This document shows, in pieces, positions 10,644 to 22,837 of a stretch of 64,000 bases of DNA (position 1 is its first letter; every line of letters starts with the position of its first letter). The stretch lies in the NCBI GenBank assembly GCA_963706025.1, contig CAVPLM010000003.1, positions 160,001 to 224,000 of the forward strand. The letters are read 5' to 3'. Made by a program: the position numbers and the translations under genes. The notes under the pieces were generated by a model. It made no database searches and was not told the DNA's origin. It worked only from the letters and a program-made list of their open reading frames with translations. The DNA comes from an uncultured Actinomycetes bacterium (lineage in GTDB: Bacteria; Actinomycetota; Thermoleophilia; RBG-16-64-13).

Positions 10644-12405
10644 ATGGCCGCGACAGGATCCAACCCCAAGGAAAGACACCTGGCGCAGCCGCCAAGAGGC
10701 TTTCGAGGTACGGTGCCGAGCCGGCGAGGGCTTCACTTCCCGATCTGGGCAGCGGCGGTTCTGCTTCTGGCCGCCCTCGCGTTTCTGGTCTTCCCGACGG
10801 CTCGTGGCTCGGCGGAGACGGTCTCGATCGAAGCCGCGACCACCGACGGCATCGTCGTGCCCATCATCTTCCCTCTCGAGAATCGCGTGGCCTGGACCGA
10901 CACCTTCGGCGCAGCGCGCTCGGGCGGCCGTACCCACGCCGGCAACGACCTGATGGCGCCGAAGATGACGCCGATACTGGCCGTGGTCGACGGCAAAATG
11001 GACTGGCTCAACCTCACCGGCAAGCTCTCCAGCTACAACAACCTTCCCTACTACAATATCCTGTTGCGCGGTGACGACGGGAACGACTACTTCTACATCC
11101 ATCTCAACAACGACACTCCGGGCACCGACGATGGCCTGGGCGGCGTGCAGTACGCCTATGCGCCCGGTCTGACCAACGGGACGCATGTGCACCGGGGCGA
11201 CGTCATCGGCTATGTCGGCGACAGCGGCAACGCCGAGGACACCAGCAGCCACCTTCACTTCGAGATCCACCTGGGCGGCTACGTGGCCGCCTCAGGCCGG
11301 CCAGACGCGGACTCCCAGCGCTATCGACCCGTACGCGAGCCTCAAGGCTGCCCCCACCCTGGCTGAGTGGATCGCGGCCGGCAAACCGCCGCTGACCACC
11401 ACCACGACGACCCCTGGGGCCACTACTACTACCACCGCTCCGAAGCCTACAACCACTACGACGGCTCCGAAACCCACCACTACCACTACCACTCCCAAGC
11501 CGACTACCACGACGGTTCCTACCGGCGCGGTTCCGGGGTTCACCGACGTCCGTACCAGTGACTGGTTCTACGCCGACTTCGCCCAGGCCCGAGCGGCAGG
11601 AGTGGTCACCGAGGCCGCCGACAAGCGGTTCCGGCCCTACGACAAGGTGTCGCGGGCTCTCTTCGCCGTGTACGTGGTGCGGGCCATGGCCCCGGCGGAA
11701 CTGAGCGCATCCGGTTCCGTAGCCTCCAGCGTCGCGGCCGCCGGCCCGCCCGCTGACCCGGCCGATGCCACTGTCTCAGCCGATGCCGTCGATGACGGCA
11801 CCGCTGCCAGCGCCGTCGATGGGGCTGCCGATCCGGCCGACAACGCCGCCGACCCTGCCGCTGTCACCGACCCCACCGGCGCCGCAGCTCTGGACGGTGC
11901 CGCGGCCGCAGGCCTGGACGGCGCGGCCGAGAGCGCGCTCACCGCCACGGTGGCCGGCGGCACGTCGGCCATTGCACCGACCACCGCCAACGCGGCGGAG
12001 ACCGAAGGTACTCCCACCTTCACGGATGTGCCTTCCTCCTACTGGGCGTACAAAGAGATACAGATCGCTGCTCGGCTAGGCCTAGTCCGCGGCACCGGTG
12101 ACGGCACCACGTTCTCTCCCGACCAGTTGGTCACCCGGGCGCAGATGGCTACGATGATGTGTCGGGCCTTGGGATCCGACCCCAACGACAACTGGGCGGG
12201 AACCGCCGCCGCGGCCTATCTGGTCTACAAAGACGTGCCCAAGGGTTACTGGGCTCAGGGATCCATCTTCATGACGAACTACCTCGGGCTGATGTGCGGG
12301 GACGCCAAAGGGTGTTTCCGTCCGGAGGAGAATGCCAATAGGGCCCAAGCGATCACCGTGATGGCCCGTCTCCTGAGGTTGCTCGAGGGAGGTTCGGGCT
12401 CATAG
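10644..12405 (+). CDS. M23 peptidase + Thr-rich linker + SLH domains (frameshift ~11295)
   Basis: HAGND (HxxxD), YIHLN, HLHFEIH; then T-rich linker and SLH motifs FTDV..SRALFA, TRAQMA, NRAQA. Confidence 0.85.
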
Positions 12406-12473
12406 TCCTTCCGAGGAAGCACATACTCCGCCGGGAGAGCCCCGAGCGCCCGGCGCCCGCGGCGCGCCTGCGC

Positions 12474-14100
12474 ATGGGCCGGGCCCGCGTCGTCGCGGGC
12501 AGGCCGGCACTCGCGGCCGCGCTCCTTGTCGCCCTCCTGCTCCTCGCCACCCTGCTCCTCCTCGCTCCCGCGCCCGCTCCGGCGTCGGCAGCCGCGTCCG
12601 CCTTCCCAGATGTGGGAAAGGGCCACGTGGCCTACGACGCGATCGAGTATATGGCCGGCGCCGGCATCATCTCCGGTTTCAAGGACGGCACCTTCGGCCC
12701 GGAGAAGACCCTCACGCGGGGCCAAGCCACTAAGATCCTGGTCTTGTGGCGGGGAGTGCCGCTCAACTCGGGCGGTCCCTACTTCTCCGATCTGGACTCT
12801 GTCTACGGCAAGTATGTTCAGGCGGCCGCGGCTCAGGGCTGGATCACCGGCTACGACGACGGCAGATTCCGCGCCTACAACACGCTGACCCGCGAGCAGA
12901 TGGCGATCATCATGGTGCGGGCCATGGGCTGGGATGCGGACGCGCGCAAGCTGAGCGGAGCGCGCGTCGCCGAGATCCTCTCCGCGTTCTCCGACCAGGC
13001 GAGCATCACCGCCGACGCCCGACCGTATGCGGCCCTGGCGGTAGAGCGCGGGCTGTTCAATGGCTCCAAGGGCGAGTTCAAGCCCCAGGACGGCATAACC
13101 CGGGGCCAGTTCTCCCTTGTGGTACTCCGGGCTGAGCTCAGCATGAGGGCCGTCATCCAACAGGTGCGCGTCGCCGGAGACTATCCCGATAGGACCCGCG
13201 TGGTCTTCGACCTCTCCCGCGCCCCGGGCGCGGTGACGGCTGCTATCTCGGTCGATGGCACGCTCACCGTCGACTACGCCGGGGGAGCCATCGCCGGGAC
13301 GCTCAGCCAGGCGACCGACTCCGCCGAGGTCAAGTCGGTCGGCGCCAGGCAGTTCGCCTACAATCCCCGCACCGTGCGCATCGCCCTGAAGCTTGCCCGT
13401 TACCGGACGTTCCGGGTGATGTCGCTCGCCCCTGGCGGCAATGAAGGCTACCGTATCGTCGTGGACGTGTTCCCGCGCCTCGACGGCCCCGAGGGAGACG
13501 GGCCGCCGCTGATCTGTGTCGACCCAGGCCACGGAGGCATCGACTCCGGCGCCGTCGGCGCCACCGGTACCTTCGAAAAGGACTTCAACTTGAGCATCGC
13601 CCTGCTGCTCGCCCAGAACCTGCGCGCTGCCGGCCTGCGGGTCATCATGACCCGTGAGGACGACACTCTTCCCGGCGCCACGGTCTCGGAGGCCCTCTAT
13701 CGGCGGGCGGAGATCGCCAATACCGCCCGTGCCAACCTCTTCGTGAGCGTCCACAACAACGCCGCCGGCGACCCGGAGGCCGAAGGAACCGAGACCTTCT
13801 ACTGGGGCACGCCCGGACAACTACTCCGTCGAGGGCAGGCTGCTGGCGGAGGCCATCCAGCGGAACCTTCTCGAGGCCATCGACTCGGTCGATCGGGGGG
13901 CGCGCACCCACTGGCGCAACCTGGTGGTCCTGGCCGAGACCGACATGCCCGCGGCCCTGGCCGAGGTCGGATTCGTCACTAATCCCGAGGAAGAAGCGAA
14001 GCTCAAGGACTCCGCGTACCAGAAAGCGGGTGCTCAGGGCATCGCCAACGGGGTCCTCGAGTACCTCAAATGGTCCAATACGGTCTACACTAGTGAGTAG
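12474..14100 (+). CDS. SLH + AMIN + N-acetylmuramoyl-L-alanine amidase (Amidase_3), frameshift ~13812
   Basis: Three SLH repeats (TRGQ, TREQ, TRGQ), TRVVFDL, DPGHGG, FVSVHNN; continues in another frame as LVVLAETDMPAALAEVGFVTNPEE to TAG at 14100. Confidence 0.9.
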
Positions 14101-14209
14101 CAGCTGCGGGCGACAGCTTTTGCAGAAGCGCGCAGCGGCTGGATGAGAAGTAGTCAGCCGCACCCGTCGGGGCCTGGGACCTTGGGGCCGCGACTCCGAC
14201 CGGGAGGTT

Positions 14210-16119
14210 TTGTTCGTGAAGAATGATCGTTCCCGTTTCCGGGCCAGGAGCCACCGCCGGATCTTGGCCGCGGGACTGCTTGCCCTATCGCTACTCCTTG
14301 GCGGCCTGGCCTTCGCTCCTGCCGCGCGCGCGGCAGGGGACGACTTCGTCTTCACCGGCCGCGGCTGGGGCCACGGGGTGGGAATGAGCCAGTGGGGCGC
14401 CTGGCAGGCGGCCCGCGAGGGTGTCACCTTCGACGAGATCCTGGCCTTCTACTATCCCGGGAACCACCCTCGGAAGCCTCTCGGATCCCAATCCCGAGGT
14501 CAGAGTCCGCATCTCCAGTCAGCCCTGGACCAGCAATACCACCAACTTCGTCCAGGTCGACCTCAAACCGGTGGTGACCCGGGCCATACTGGTCAAGCAC
14601 ACCGCCTCGGGAGACGAGTACCGAGGTGATCCCTGCGGGCACGCTCATCAACGTGCTGAACAGCGGAGGCAGGGTGCGGGTGGTCACCCCGGCCGGCACG
14701 CAAGGACCGTTCGACTATGTCGAGCTGCAGCCGGCGCGCACCGGGGACGATCCCGCCGAAGGCCGGGTCGCCATCCAGCTCAAGACCAGCGGGGCGACCT
14801 ACGACTATCGGGAATACTGGGGCTCCATGCGCGTCCAATACGGCGACGACCCGGGTGAGCTGTGGGTCTACAACCTCGTGCAACTGGAGAAGTACGTGCG
14901 CAGCATCGCCGAGGTCGACTACGACTGGGCAGTCCCGAAAGCCGCCGCCTACGCACCCGAGGCGGTGAAGGCCCAAGCGGTCGCGGCCCGTACCTATGCC
15001 GTCGCCAAGAACGGTCCCCTGGCCGACAACCAATACGACCAGTGCTACAGGGGCTACACCTTCGAGGCCAAGTATCCGGGCATCGCCCAGGCGGCCGAAG
15101 AGACGACCGGGCTGATCCTGACCTACCAGGGCAAGGCCATCACCGCTAACTTCTCCGCCCACTCCGGCGGCTATACCACCGATTCGGCCTGGTCGGGCAC
15201 CAAGCCGGCCTACATCGTCGCCCAGCCCGACCCCTGGAGCCTCAAGGCTCCACCGGCGAGCATGCACTCCGAAGGCCCTGGTTGGAACTGGACCTACACG
15301 ATCTCAGTGGCGAAGCTCTCCGCTGAGTTCGACGTGGGCTCGATCAGCCGGGTGGAGATCGTCGCCCGCGACACCGGGGATCCCGACAGTCATGCGCGGA
15401 CCCTGCGTCTCACCGGTGATCAAGGCACGACCACCGTCTCCGCCACAACGCTCAAGAGCCGCCTGGGGCTGCGCTCCACGCTGATCCTGACCGTCACCGG
15501 CGGTGAGCCCCTGGCCCCCGGCGAGTTCTACGACGTGGGTGCCGGCCATATCTACCACGACCAGATCGCGAGGGTGGTGACCGCCGGACTGATGAGTGGT
15601 TACGACTCCGGGCTTTTCAAGCCGGGCAACTCGGTCACCCGCTGGCAGTTCGCCAAGATCGCCGTCAACCTGCACAACATCCTGCACGCGGACGACCAGA
15701 TCGCGGTGGTGAATGTGACCACCGCCCCGTTCGACGACGTTCCGATGGACAAGAACGTGGTGGGCGACGTGTCCGACTGGGTGGCTGCCGCCAAGAAGGC
15801 CGGCCTGGTCTCGGGGGTGAGTTCCACCAGCTTCGAGCCCTACGCCGTGGTACGCCGCGACCAGATGGCCACCATGATGTGCCGCGCCTTGGGCTGGGAG
15901 GATGAAGCCGCCGCCCTACCTGTCGACACCCCTGGCTTCGCCGACGTGCCGCACACCAACGTCCACTGGGGCGCCGCCACCTATCTGAAACTGCAGGGGG
16001 TCATCCTGGGCTATGAAGGTCCGGCCGGCAGCGGCACCGTGGTGCTGCGGGTCGAAGAGGCCATCAAGCGGCAGCACGTGGCCGTCATCCTCTGCCGGGT
16101 GCTCGACTTAGAGCAGTAG
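14210..16119 (+). CDS. SpoIID/LytB domain protein with C-terminal SLH domains (frameshifts ~14461, ~14620)
   Basis: GRGWGHGVGMSQWGA, ILAFYYPG, EAVKAQAVAARTYA, FSAHSGGYT, LGLRST; C-terminal SLH motifs. Confidence 0.85.
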
Positions 16120-16241
16120 GGGCGGCAGGAGCGGCACGCCCGGGACGCGACGGCGGGCGCGAGTCAGGGCCAGGATCTGCCAAGAGTCGACCATACCCGT
16201 CGACGTGAAGCGACCCGGCCTGCGGGGTCTCGCGTCGACCG

Positions 16242-16661
16242 TCAACCCTCGTTGGTGCCCGCCCCTGTCCACGTGCGCAGGGGCCTCACCTCCGCGATGC
16301 GCTCGAAGTCCTTGTCGGAGTGCAGCAACACCCCATCGTGCTCGAGGGCGACTTGGGCGATGAGGCAGTCCACGGTTCCTCGCACGGAGATGCCCTGCGC
16401 TCGGCAGTCGAACATGATGCGGGCCGCATCGACGTGAGTGTGCCACGGATCGAATGGCGAGAGCAGGTTCTGCGTTTCCAAATAGGAGAGCAGCAGGTGC
16501 CACTCCTGGGCGTCGCGCGCCCCGGCGAGCAACTCCTGACAGCAGATAGCAGGGATGGCGAAAGGAATCCCGTCGACCTCCAATTGCTGGAGCCGGAGAG
16601 CGGCAGTCGTCGACTTCCCTTTGAAGAAGTCGACTAGGACCGACGTGTCGACCACGATCAA
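16242..16661 (-). CDS. vapC: VapC PIN-domain toxin
   Basis: IVVDTSV, ELLAG, DCLIA, HSDKDF. Confidence 0.9.
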   Translation of the reverse strand: MIVVDTSVLVDFFKGKSTTAALRLQQLEVDGIPFAIPAICCQELLAGARDAQEWHLLLSYLETQNLLSPFDPWHTHVDAARIMFDCRAQGISVRGTVDCLIAQVALEHDGVLLHSDKDFERIAEVRPLRTWTGAGTNEG

Positions 16662-16861
16662 GGGAGATCTCGCCGCAGTTCTCGGTGGTCGTACCCTTCG
16701 GCGAATGCGATCTTGCCCTGGAGCTCCAGTAGGCTGCGCCGCCGCTTCGAGCTGATGAGGACCCGCAAGGCCTCTTCCACGAGGGCGCGTTTGGTGCCGA
16801 TACCGGTCAGCCGGCGGGCCTCCTCGACCAGTGCCTCGTCGAGTTCGATGTTGGTGCGCAT
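16658..16861 (-). CDS. vapB: VapB antitoxin
   Basis: 67 aa, MRTNIELDEALVEEARRLTGIGTKRALVEEAL; overlaps the vapC start. Confidence 0.88.
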   Translation of the reverse strand: MRTNIELDEALVEEARRLTGIGTKRALVEEALRVLISSKRRRSLLELQGKIAFAEGYDHRELRRDLP

Positions 16862-16884
16862 GTCATGCCTCGTGCAGTGCTCAG

Positions 16885-16909
16885 GTGTATACAGATACAC
16901 ATTATTATA
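16885..16909 (-). promoter_or_regulatory. vapBC -10 box and probable autoregulatory operator
   Basis: Minus-strand TATAAT at 16904-16909; palindrome GTGTAT-acag-ATACAC at 16885-16900. Confidence 0.6.
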
Positions 16910-16952
16910 CACAACCGGAGAATGAACGTGTTGGGTGTCGAGAAAGCGTCGC

Positions 16953-17198
16953 TCAATCTGGGCGTCGCCTCCGCTTACTGACAAGCTGCAGGATCTCCTC
17001 GCGCGAGAGTCCCACGTCCCGGAGGATCTTGGCGAGCAATCCGGGTCCTAGCATCTCGCCTGCGTGGATAGGGATCACAGTGGTGCGGCCGTCGACGTGT
17101 CGGAGGAGACAGTGACTCCCACGCCTGCGGATCAGTTCGAAACCAACTCGCTCAAGAGCGGCGAGAAGCTCCGCGCCCGTGAGCCTGAGCGGAGGCAT
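16953..17198 (-). CDS. hicA: HicA toxin
   Basis: LERVGFELIRRRGSH, TVIPIH, GLLAKILRDVGL. Confidence 0.9.
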   Translation of the reverse strand: MPPLRLTGAELLAALERVGFELIRRRGSHCLLRHVDGRTTVIPIHAGEMLGPGLLAKILRDVGLSREEILQLVSKRRRRPD

Positions 17199-17416
17199 CA
17201 GGTGTCAATAGTCAGCCTCTGTACTCCGACGAATCTGAGGGGTCTCTCGCCGGACACCGCCTCCAGTGGGTCGCGGCACACTTCGATGGCTTCCCTTATC
17301 CGCTCCATCAATTCGTCCAGCGAGCGAGCCTGTGTGTGGCAGCCGGCAAGGGCGGGTACGGAAGCGACGAAATACCCCTCGTCATCTTGCTCGATTATCA
17401 CGTCGAACGCAGACAT
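17198..17416 (-). CDS. hicB: HicB-like antitoxin (short, lacks a DNA-binding domain)
   Basis: VIIEQDDEGYFVASVPALAGCHTQARSLDELMERIREAI. Confidence 0.88.
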   Translation of the reverse strand: MSAFDVIIEQDDEGYFVASVPALAGCHTQARSLDELMERIREAIEVCRDPLEAVSGERPLRFVGVQRLTIDT

Positions 17417-17831
17417 TGTCAGTCCGATGGCCATCGCGGTTCTCCCTATGGTTCGAGAGTCTAGCACTCCGGTAGATCGAGCTTGCGGTCAGGGCCGAGT
17501 GTATTGCGGGCGCTGCCACACGGGGCTACGACTTTGGCTGGAGAATGGCGGGTCCCAGCGGGTCTGCCGGCAGAGTGTGAGAAGACGCCGGGGCCCCGGA
17601 CTCGGCGGACTTCCTTCGTTCGTCCGCTGGAGCCCGGGGCCCCGGCGTGCTATGAGGGGCACCTCGAGGACCGGAGGGGGCGGGTCGTCTCGAGGAGAGG
17701 GGGACTTAGTCAGTGGCTCGGCTCATACGTCGACCCCTTTCGTCGTAACCTATCGCCACTATACTCGCGAGGGTATAAAGACCCTGTAAAGTGCGGCCGA
17801 GTCTGGAGAGCGGCTATAATGGCTGCCATGC

Positions 17832-19884
17832 TTGCCCCAAGACCACCGCGCCTCGTGCGCGTCACGCCCGTCATGGCAGCATCCGGCATTGCTGGCGATC
17901 GTCGCCATTGCCTGCATGGCTTCCGCTCCTCCTCCTGCCCTTGCGTCAACCACCACTTCACAGGCCGCCGCGGCTGCGCCGGCCACCGTGGCTTCGCCGG
18001 CCGCCGCGTCCGCAGTCGCAGCTACGTCCCAGGTCGTTGCCGCGTCCGACCCGGCGGTCGGCCAGATCGACACCTTCTGGGTCAAGGACTGGAACGGGGG
18101 GGGCTACTTGCAGATCGAGGCGACGGTCGCGTACGTGGGCGAGAGCTGTGTGGTCTACGCGCAGAACGGCGAGTTCGTCGCTCCGATCACGATAGAGCGG
18201 CTGGGCACGGAGTTCGATTCGGCCGTATACCCGAGATTGACCGAGGTCTTGGGGGCAGAGCCGCGCCCTGGCATCGACGACGAGTCCCGGATCACCGTAC
18301 TTCTCTACGATTTCGCCGACGTCAGTATCAACGGCTACTTCTCTCCCCTCGACATCGCGCCGCCGGCCGGGCAGGGCTATTCCAACCGGCGGGAGATGGT
18401 CTACCTCAACGCCGAGGTGGTGGCTTCCGAGCCCGAGAACGCCGGGTCGCTCGCGGCTCACGAATTCGCGCACCTCATCGTGTACTACCGTGACTATTTG
18501 CTCGAGCAATCCCCCAGCCGTACGGAGGAACCTGCATGGATGTACGAGGGCTTCTCCACCTACGCGGAGCACGTCGCTGGGTATGATGGTCGGACCAATA
18601 GCCAGCTTCGCAGCTTCGCCAACGATCCCGGCACCAACCTCACCAGCTGGGGCGACTACCGGGTCCATTATGGGGCCTCCTATGCCTTCATGAGCTATCT
18701 GGCGGTGCGGGAGGGCCAGGGATTCATCACCGATCTGGTGAGCCAACCGGCGGACGGCATCGCCGGCATCAATCAAGCGCTCGAGGACAGGGGGGTCGTC
18801 TTCGACACATTCGACACCCTCCTGGACGACTGGATGGTGGCGAACTTCCTCGACGGACGCGATCCCGAAGTGTATCCATACTCGTATCCCGACCTTCATG
18901 TAGCGGCCGCTCCTGTGACCGTCGCCGGCGTGTTTCCTTTGACCGGCTCGGAGTACGCGACCAACTTCGGTGCCGTCTATCTCGACTTCCCGGCGATCGA
19001 CCCGGAGTCGACCTTCCGAGCGGTTGTCGACGGGGATCGCACAGCGCCCCTGCGGGCGGCCCTGATCTCCTGGGATTCGGCCGGCATTCTGGCGCCCAAC
19101 GTGACCATGCTCCAGATGGTCTCCGGCGATGGGAACGGTACGGCCCCAGCTGGGCTACGACCGGCACACGCTGGCGGTATGGGCCCGGGGGGCCGAAGGG
19201 AAGGACGCCCTCTACGCGTTCCGCTACACCGCCTCGGTCGGTATCCCCGGCGGTCCCGAGTTCGTCGACCTGGGGCCCGAGGATCCCTACTATCCGTATG
19301 TCGCGGAGTTGTTCATCCGCAATGTGATCAGCGGCAAGGAGATCCCTCCGGGGTCGGGCTTGTGGTACTTCCTCGGGGGGGAGAACGTGCTACGCGCTCA
19401 GTTCGCCAAGATGATAATGGAGGCTACCGAGCTTCACACCCCGGCCATCGACCATCTCGACGACCCGACCTTCTCCGATGTGCGCCTGGCGTCCGACGGA
19501 TCCGGCGTCCCCGAGTCGACATACGACTACATCGAAGAGGCGGCCGCGCTGGGCATTGTGCGCGGCTACAGCAATGGCCTTTTCCGCCCCTACAACCCCA
19601 TCACTCGGGGGCAACTCGTGCTCATGATCACCCGGGGAGCGGTCGCTGCCGGGAGACCCTTGCCCGAGTACACCGGCAGCGCTCAGGTGTTCGCGGACGT
19701 CCCCGCCTCGCATCCGCTCTACCGTGACATCATGACCGCCTACTACGCGGGGATACTGAACGGCAGCACCGGCAAGGACGGGCTGCTCTATTTCAATCCC
19801 TACTCGTTCGCCAGCCGCAACCACGTGGCCAAGATGACGGCCAATCTCATCGGCCATCTGGAGGGCGCCGCGACCGGTAACTGA
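17832..19884 (+). CDS. HEXXH zinc metallopeptidase (M30/hyicolysin-like) with C-terminal SLH domains (frameshift ~19153)
   Basis: NGYF, SNRREMVYLN, AHEFAHLI, WMYEGFSTYAE; SLH motifs RAQFAKMI, TRGQL, SRNHVAKM; TATAAT at 17815-17820. Confidence 0.75.
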
Positions 19885-19962
19885 CGCTTCGTCAGTTCCC
19901 CGGGGCTGAGCGGCCGTTCGCGCGGCCCTCGAGCTTCTCGAGACATACTCGGGGCTTGGCGT

Positions 19963-19988
19963 GTAACCTTTGACTCCGGTTCATCGTT
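19963..19988 (+). promoter_or_regulatory. Candidate ECF-type autoregulatory promoter GTAACC-N16-CGTT
   Basis: AAC...CGT pattern with 16-nt spacer, ending 10 nt before the ECF sigma ATG. Confidence 0.55.
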
Positions 19989-19998
19989 TATCATAAGA

Positions 19999-20826
19999 AT
20001 GAACATGGTCAAGCTCCGCCGCCCAGACGCGCCGTCTCGGGAATCGGATACGGATCCCCGGGGCGGGGCGAACCAGGACCTTCCCGGTGAGACAGTCCCA
20101 GCTCCGGATGGCTCCGTGACCGTCGATGCCGACGTCACCGAGCTCGAAGTAGGCATCGCTGGTCTCGACACCGGGACGGTTGAGGTCGCCCGGGATGCGG
20201 TGGTCGCGGACACGATCGCCCCCGACACGGTCGTCCTTCTGCCCGATGTCCAGGCGACGGAGAAGGACCGCCGGCGCGAGCACCGTCTGGTCGAGGCTGC
20301 CTGTCGCGGGGAGAGTTCCGCCATCGAAGCTCTCTACCGCACGCACTTCGACACCATCTTTCGGTATGTTCTCCTCCGCCTCGGCTCGCCCTCGGCGGCC
20401 GAGGACGTCACCAGCCAGGTGTTCCTGGGGATGGTGAAGGGACTGGGACGCTATCGCGACGAGGGCAAGCCCTTTGTTGCCTGGCTCTACGGGATTGCCC
20501 AGAAACAGATCGCCTTCTTCCAACGTGGGCAGAGCCGGGCGCCGAACCCCGTGGACCTCGATGCCGCCGCCGAATTGGCGGCCCAGAGCGCCGGCCCCGC
20601 TGCCACCGCCGAACAGCGGGAGCTGCGGGCGGGGATCGCCCGGGCCCTGGGCAAGGTGCCGGAGGGACAGCGCGAGGTCATCATGTTGCGCTACATCCTG
20701 TCGCTTTCGCTGGCCGAGACCGCCGCCGTGGTGGGCCGCACCGAAGGGGCGGTAAAGCAACTGCAGCTGCGGGGCTTGGCGACGCTCAGGGACATCCTGG
20801 GGCGGGAAGGCGTGCACCTGCGCTGA
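19999..20826 (+). CDS. ECF RNA polymerase sigma factor with acidic N-terminal extension
   Basis: AEDVTSQVF, FVAWLYGIA, QREVIMLRY, ETAAVVGRTEGAVKQLQLRGL. Confidence 0.92.
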   Translation: MNMVKLRRPDAPSRESDTDPRGGANQDLPGETVPAPDGSVTVDADVTELEVGIAGLDTGTVEVARDAVVADTIAPDTVVLLPDVQATEKDRRREHRLVEAACRGESSAIEALYRTHFDTIFRYVLLRLGSPSAAEDVTSQVFLGMVKGLGRYRDEGKPFVAWLYGIAQKQIAFFQRGQSRAPNPVDLDAAAELAAQSAGPAATAEQRELRAGIARALGKVPEGQREVIMLRYILSLSLAETAAVVGRTEGAVKQLQLRGLATLRDILGREGVHLR

Positions 20827-20989
20827 CCGGCGTCGAGCCGCTGGGCGGGCAGTGCGGGACCCGGGAGGCCAAAGGTTGTGGCCTGGCGGCGCCGACGGGA
20901 ATACAATCAAGGTAGAGCGAATGCACGGAGCAACGACGCACTGTGCCGACGCGCGATGCTGAGGACTTTGGCCATAGAGTAAGGATCAC

Positions 20990-22637
20990 ATGGCACTCAG
21001 GGAGATCCCGGTCCGGAGACTGATGGCCGCCTTGATCGGCCTGGTCGCCTTGGTCCTGGTGCTCGGATTGGCGTTCGCGCCGCCGGCCCTGGGCGGCGAG
21101 GCCTACTATCGAGGCGGTGACATCCCGCTCGACAATCCCGACTGGATGGCCGGCCTTTCCGACGACCTACTCCTGAGCCAGTTGTCGCTTCCCGGCACCC
21201 ACGACACCATGGCTCGAGACTGGCGACTCCCTGGCGACCTGCCAGGATGCGCCCCTGGCCGATCAATTGCAGGCGGGCATCCGGGTCCTCGACATCCGCT
21301 GCGAGAACGACTACTCAGCAGCACGCAGGGGCACTACTTCTCGCTCTGGCATGGGCCTCTCTTCCGCTTGGGGACGTTCGACCAGGTCGCCGACGACTGC
21401 AAGGCATTCCTCGCGGCTCATGCCGGAGAGACCATCATCATGAGGATCAGGCAGGAGACTGACCATCGCAAATCCCAAGGTCACCCAATCGTTCACCGAC
21501 ACGTTCAAGTGGTACCGGGACACCGAGTATCCGGGTCTCTTCGCAGATGTCGGCGACGGCAAGACCATCCCCACCCTCGGGGAGGTCCGGGGGAAGGTGG
21601 TCGTCCTGCAGGACTACGACTACTCGCCCTTCTGGGGCATCCGCTACATCACTCCCGGCAGCCATCCACCCTTCGACTCCCAGGACAACTACGTGGTCCC
21701 CTTCTCCAAGGCCGGCTTTGAGGCCAAATGGTCTGGCATCTACCGTCATCTCTATGCGACCAACGCGGGGAACCGCACCGACGACCTGGTACGTGAACTA
21801 CCTCAGTGGAGGCACTGAGACGTACCCGGAGCGCGTCGGCGGGCGGCTACTTCGAGGCTTCTCGGCGGCGGGTATGAACGATCGCATGCTGACTTGCTGA
21901 GGGCATCGGCTCCCCTGAACCCCCCATCCGGGTCGGGACTGGCCAAGCTCCCGCTGACGTGCACGGGCACTGTGATGATCGACTTCCCCGGGCCGGGATT
22001 GATCCAGGCGATCATCAATCTGAACGGCGGGGTCCCAATTGGCTTCCCCGACGTCCCCGCCTCCCACCCCTACTACGACGCCATCCAGGGTATGGCCGAC
22101 CAGGCCATCATCGGCGGTTATGCCAACGGCAACTTCGGTCCCGAGGACCTGGTCATCCGCCAGCAGTTCGCCAAGATGATCGTGCTCACCCTGGGACTAC
22201 CGGTGACGGAAGACGACTGGCAGGACGCCAGCAAGCCCTTCCTGGATCTGGACCCCGACGACCCGGCCAAGCTCTACCCCCATGAATACGTGGCCGTCTG
22301 TGCCCTAAACAACATCACCAAGGGCACAAGCGACCCCACCAAGTTTGCGCCCCTTAACAACATCACCCGCCAGCAGGTGATCACCATGGTGGTGCGGGCC
22401 GCCGATAACCTGGCCCCCGGCACCCTCGAGGCCGTACCCGCCGACTGGAACGACGGTGTTCTCTCCTACTCCGACCCCACCCACGGGCCCAACATCCAGA
22501 AGGCCGAGTACAACGGCCTGCTCGACGGCATCCGGGCCTCTCTGGCCACTCCCGGGCTTGCCGGCTGGAACACCGGAGCCAACGCCACCCGGGGCGAGGT
22601 AGCTCAGATACTGTGGAACCTGCTGCGGAGACAGTAG
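20990..22637 (+). CDS. Phosphatidylinositol-specific phospholipase C (PLC-X) with SLH domains; several frameshifts
   Basis: Signal peptide; LSQLSLPGTHDT, QLQAGIRVLDIR, GETIIMR, PTLGEVRGKVV, WYVNYLSG, GTVMIDFPG spread over three frames; SLH motifs RQQFAKMIV, TRQQ, TRGE. Confidence 0.8.
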
Positions 22638-22837
22638 ACCAATTCGGTAGGTCGATGCAGTAGATCGACGCAATGGCGGACCGTGGCCTGAGCGCGGCTT
22701 AAAGGATGCATCCGCGAGCGGCGCCGATGTGTCAATGACGCCGACCGGATATCCCAGGTGCACCCGAGCTCAGTGAGTCAAACGGGCATTCCACCGTGAC
22801 TTTTCCGCCGCCCCGGCAATAGAGCTTCTGATGAACT

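Noticed and set aside
17461-17487. Second CIRCE (CTAGCACTC-N9-GAG...)
   Set aside because: The right arm GAGCTTGCG does not match GAGTGCYAA, and no chaperone gene is nearby.
20899-20918. GAATACAATCAAGGTAGAGC resembling the reverse complement of the ssb upstream motif
   Set aside because: It needs a gap and several mismatches and lacks the TACCCTGC partner. It is more simply a TACAAT -10 box for the PI-PLC gene.
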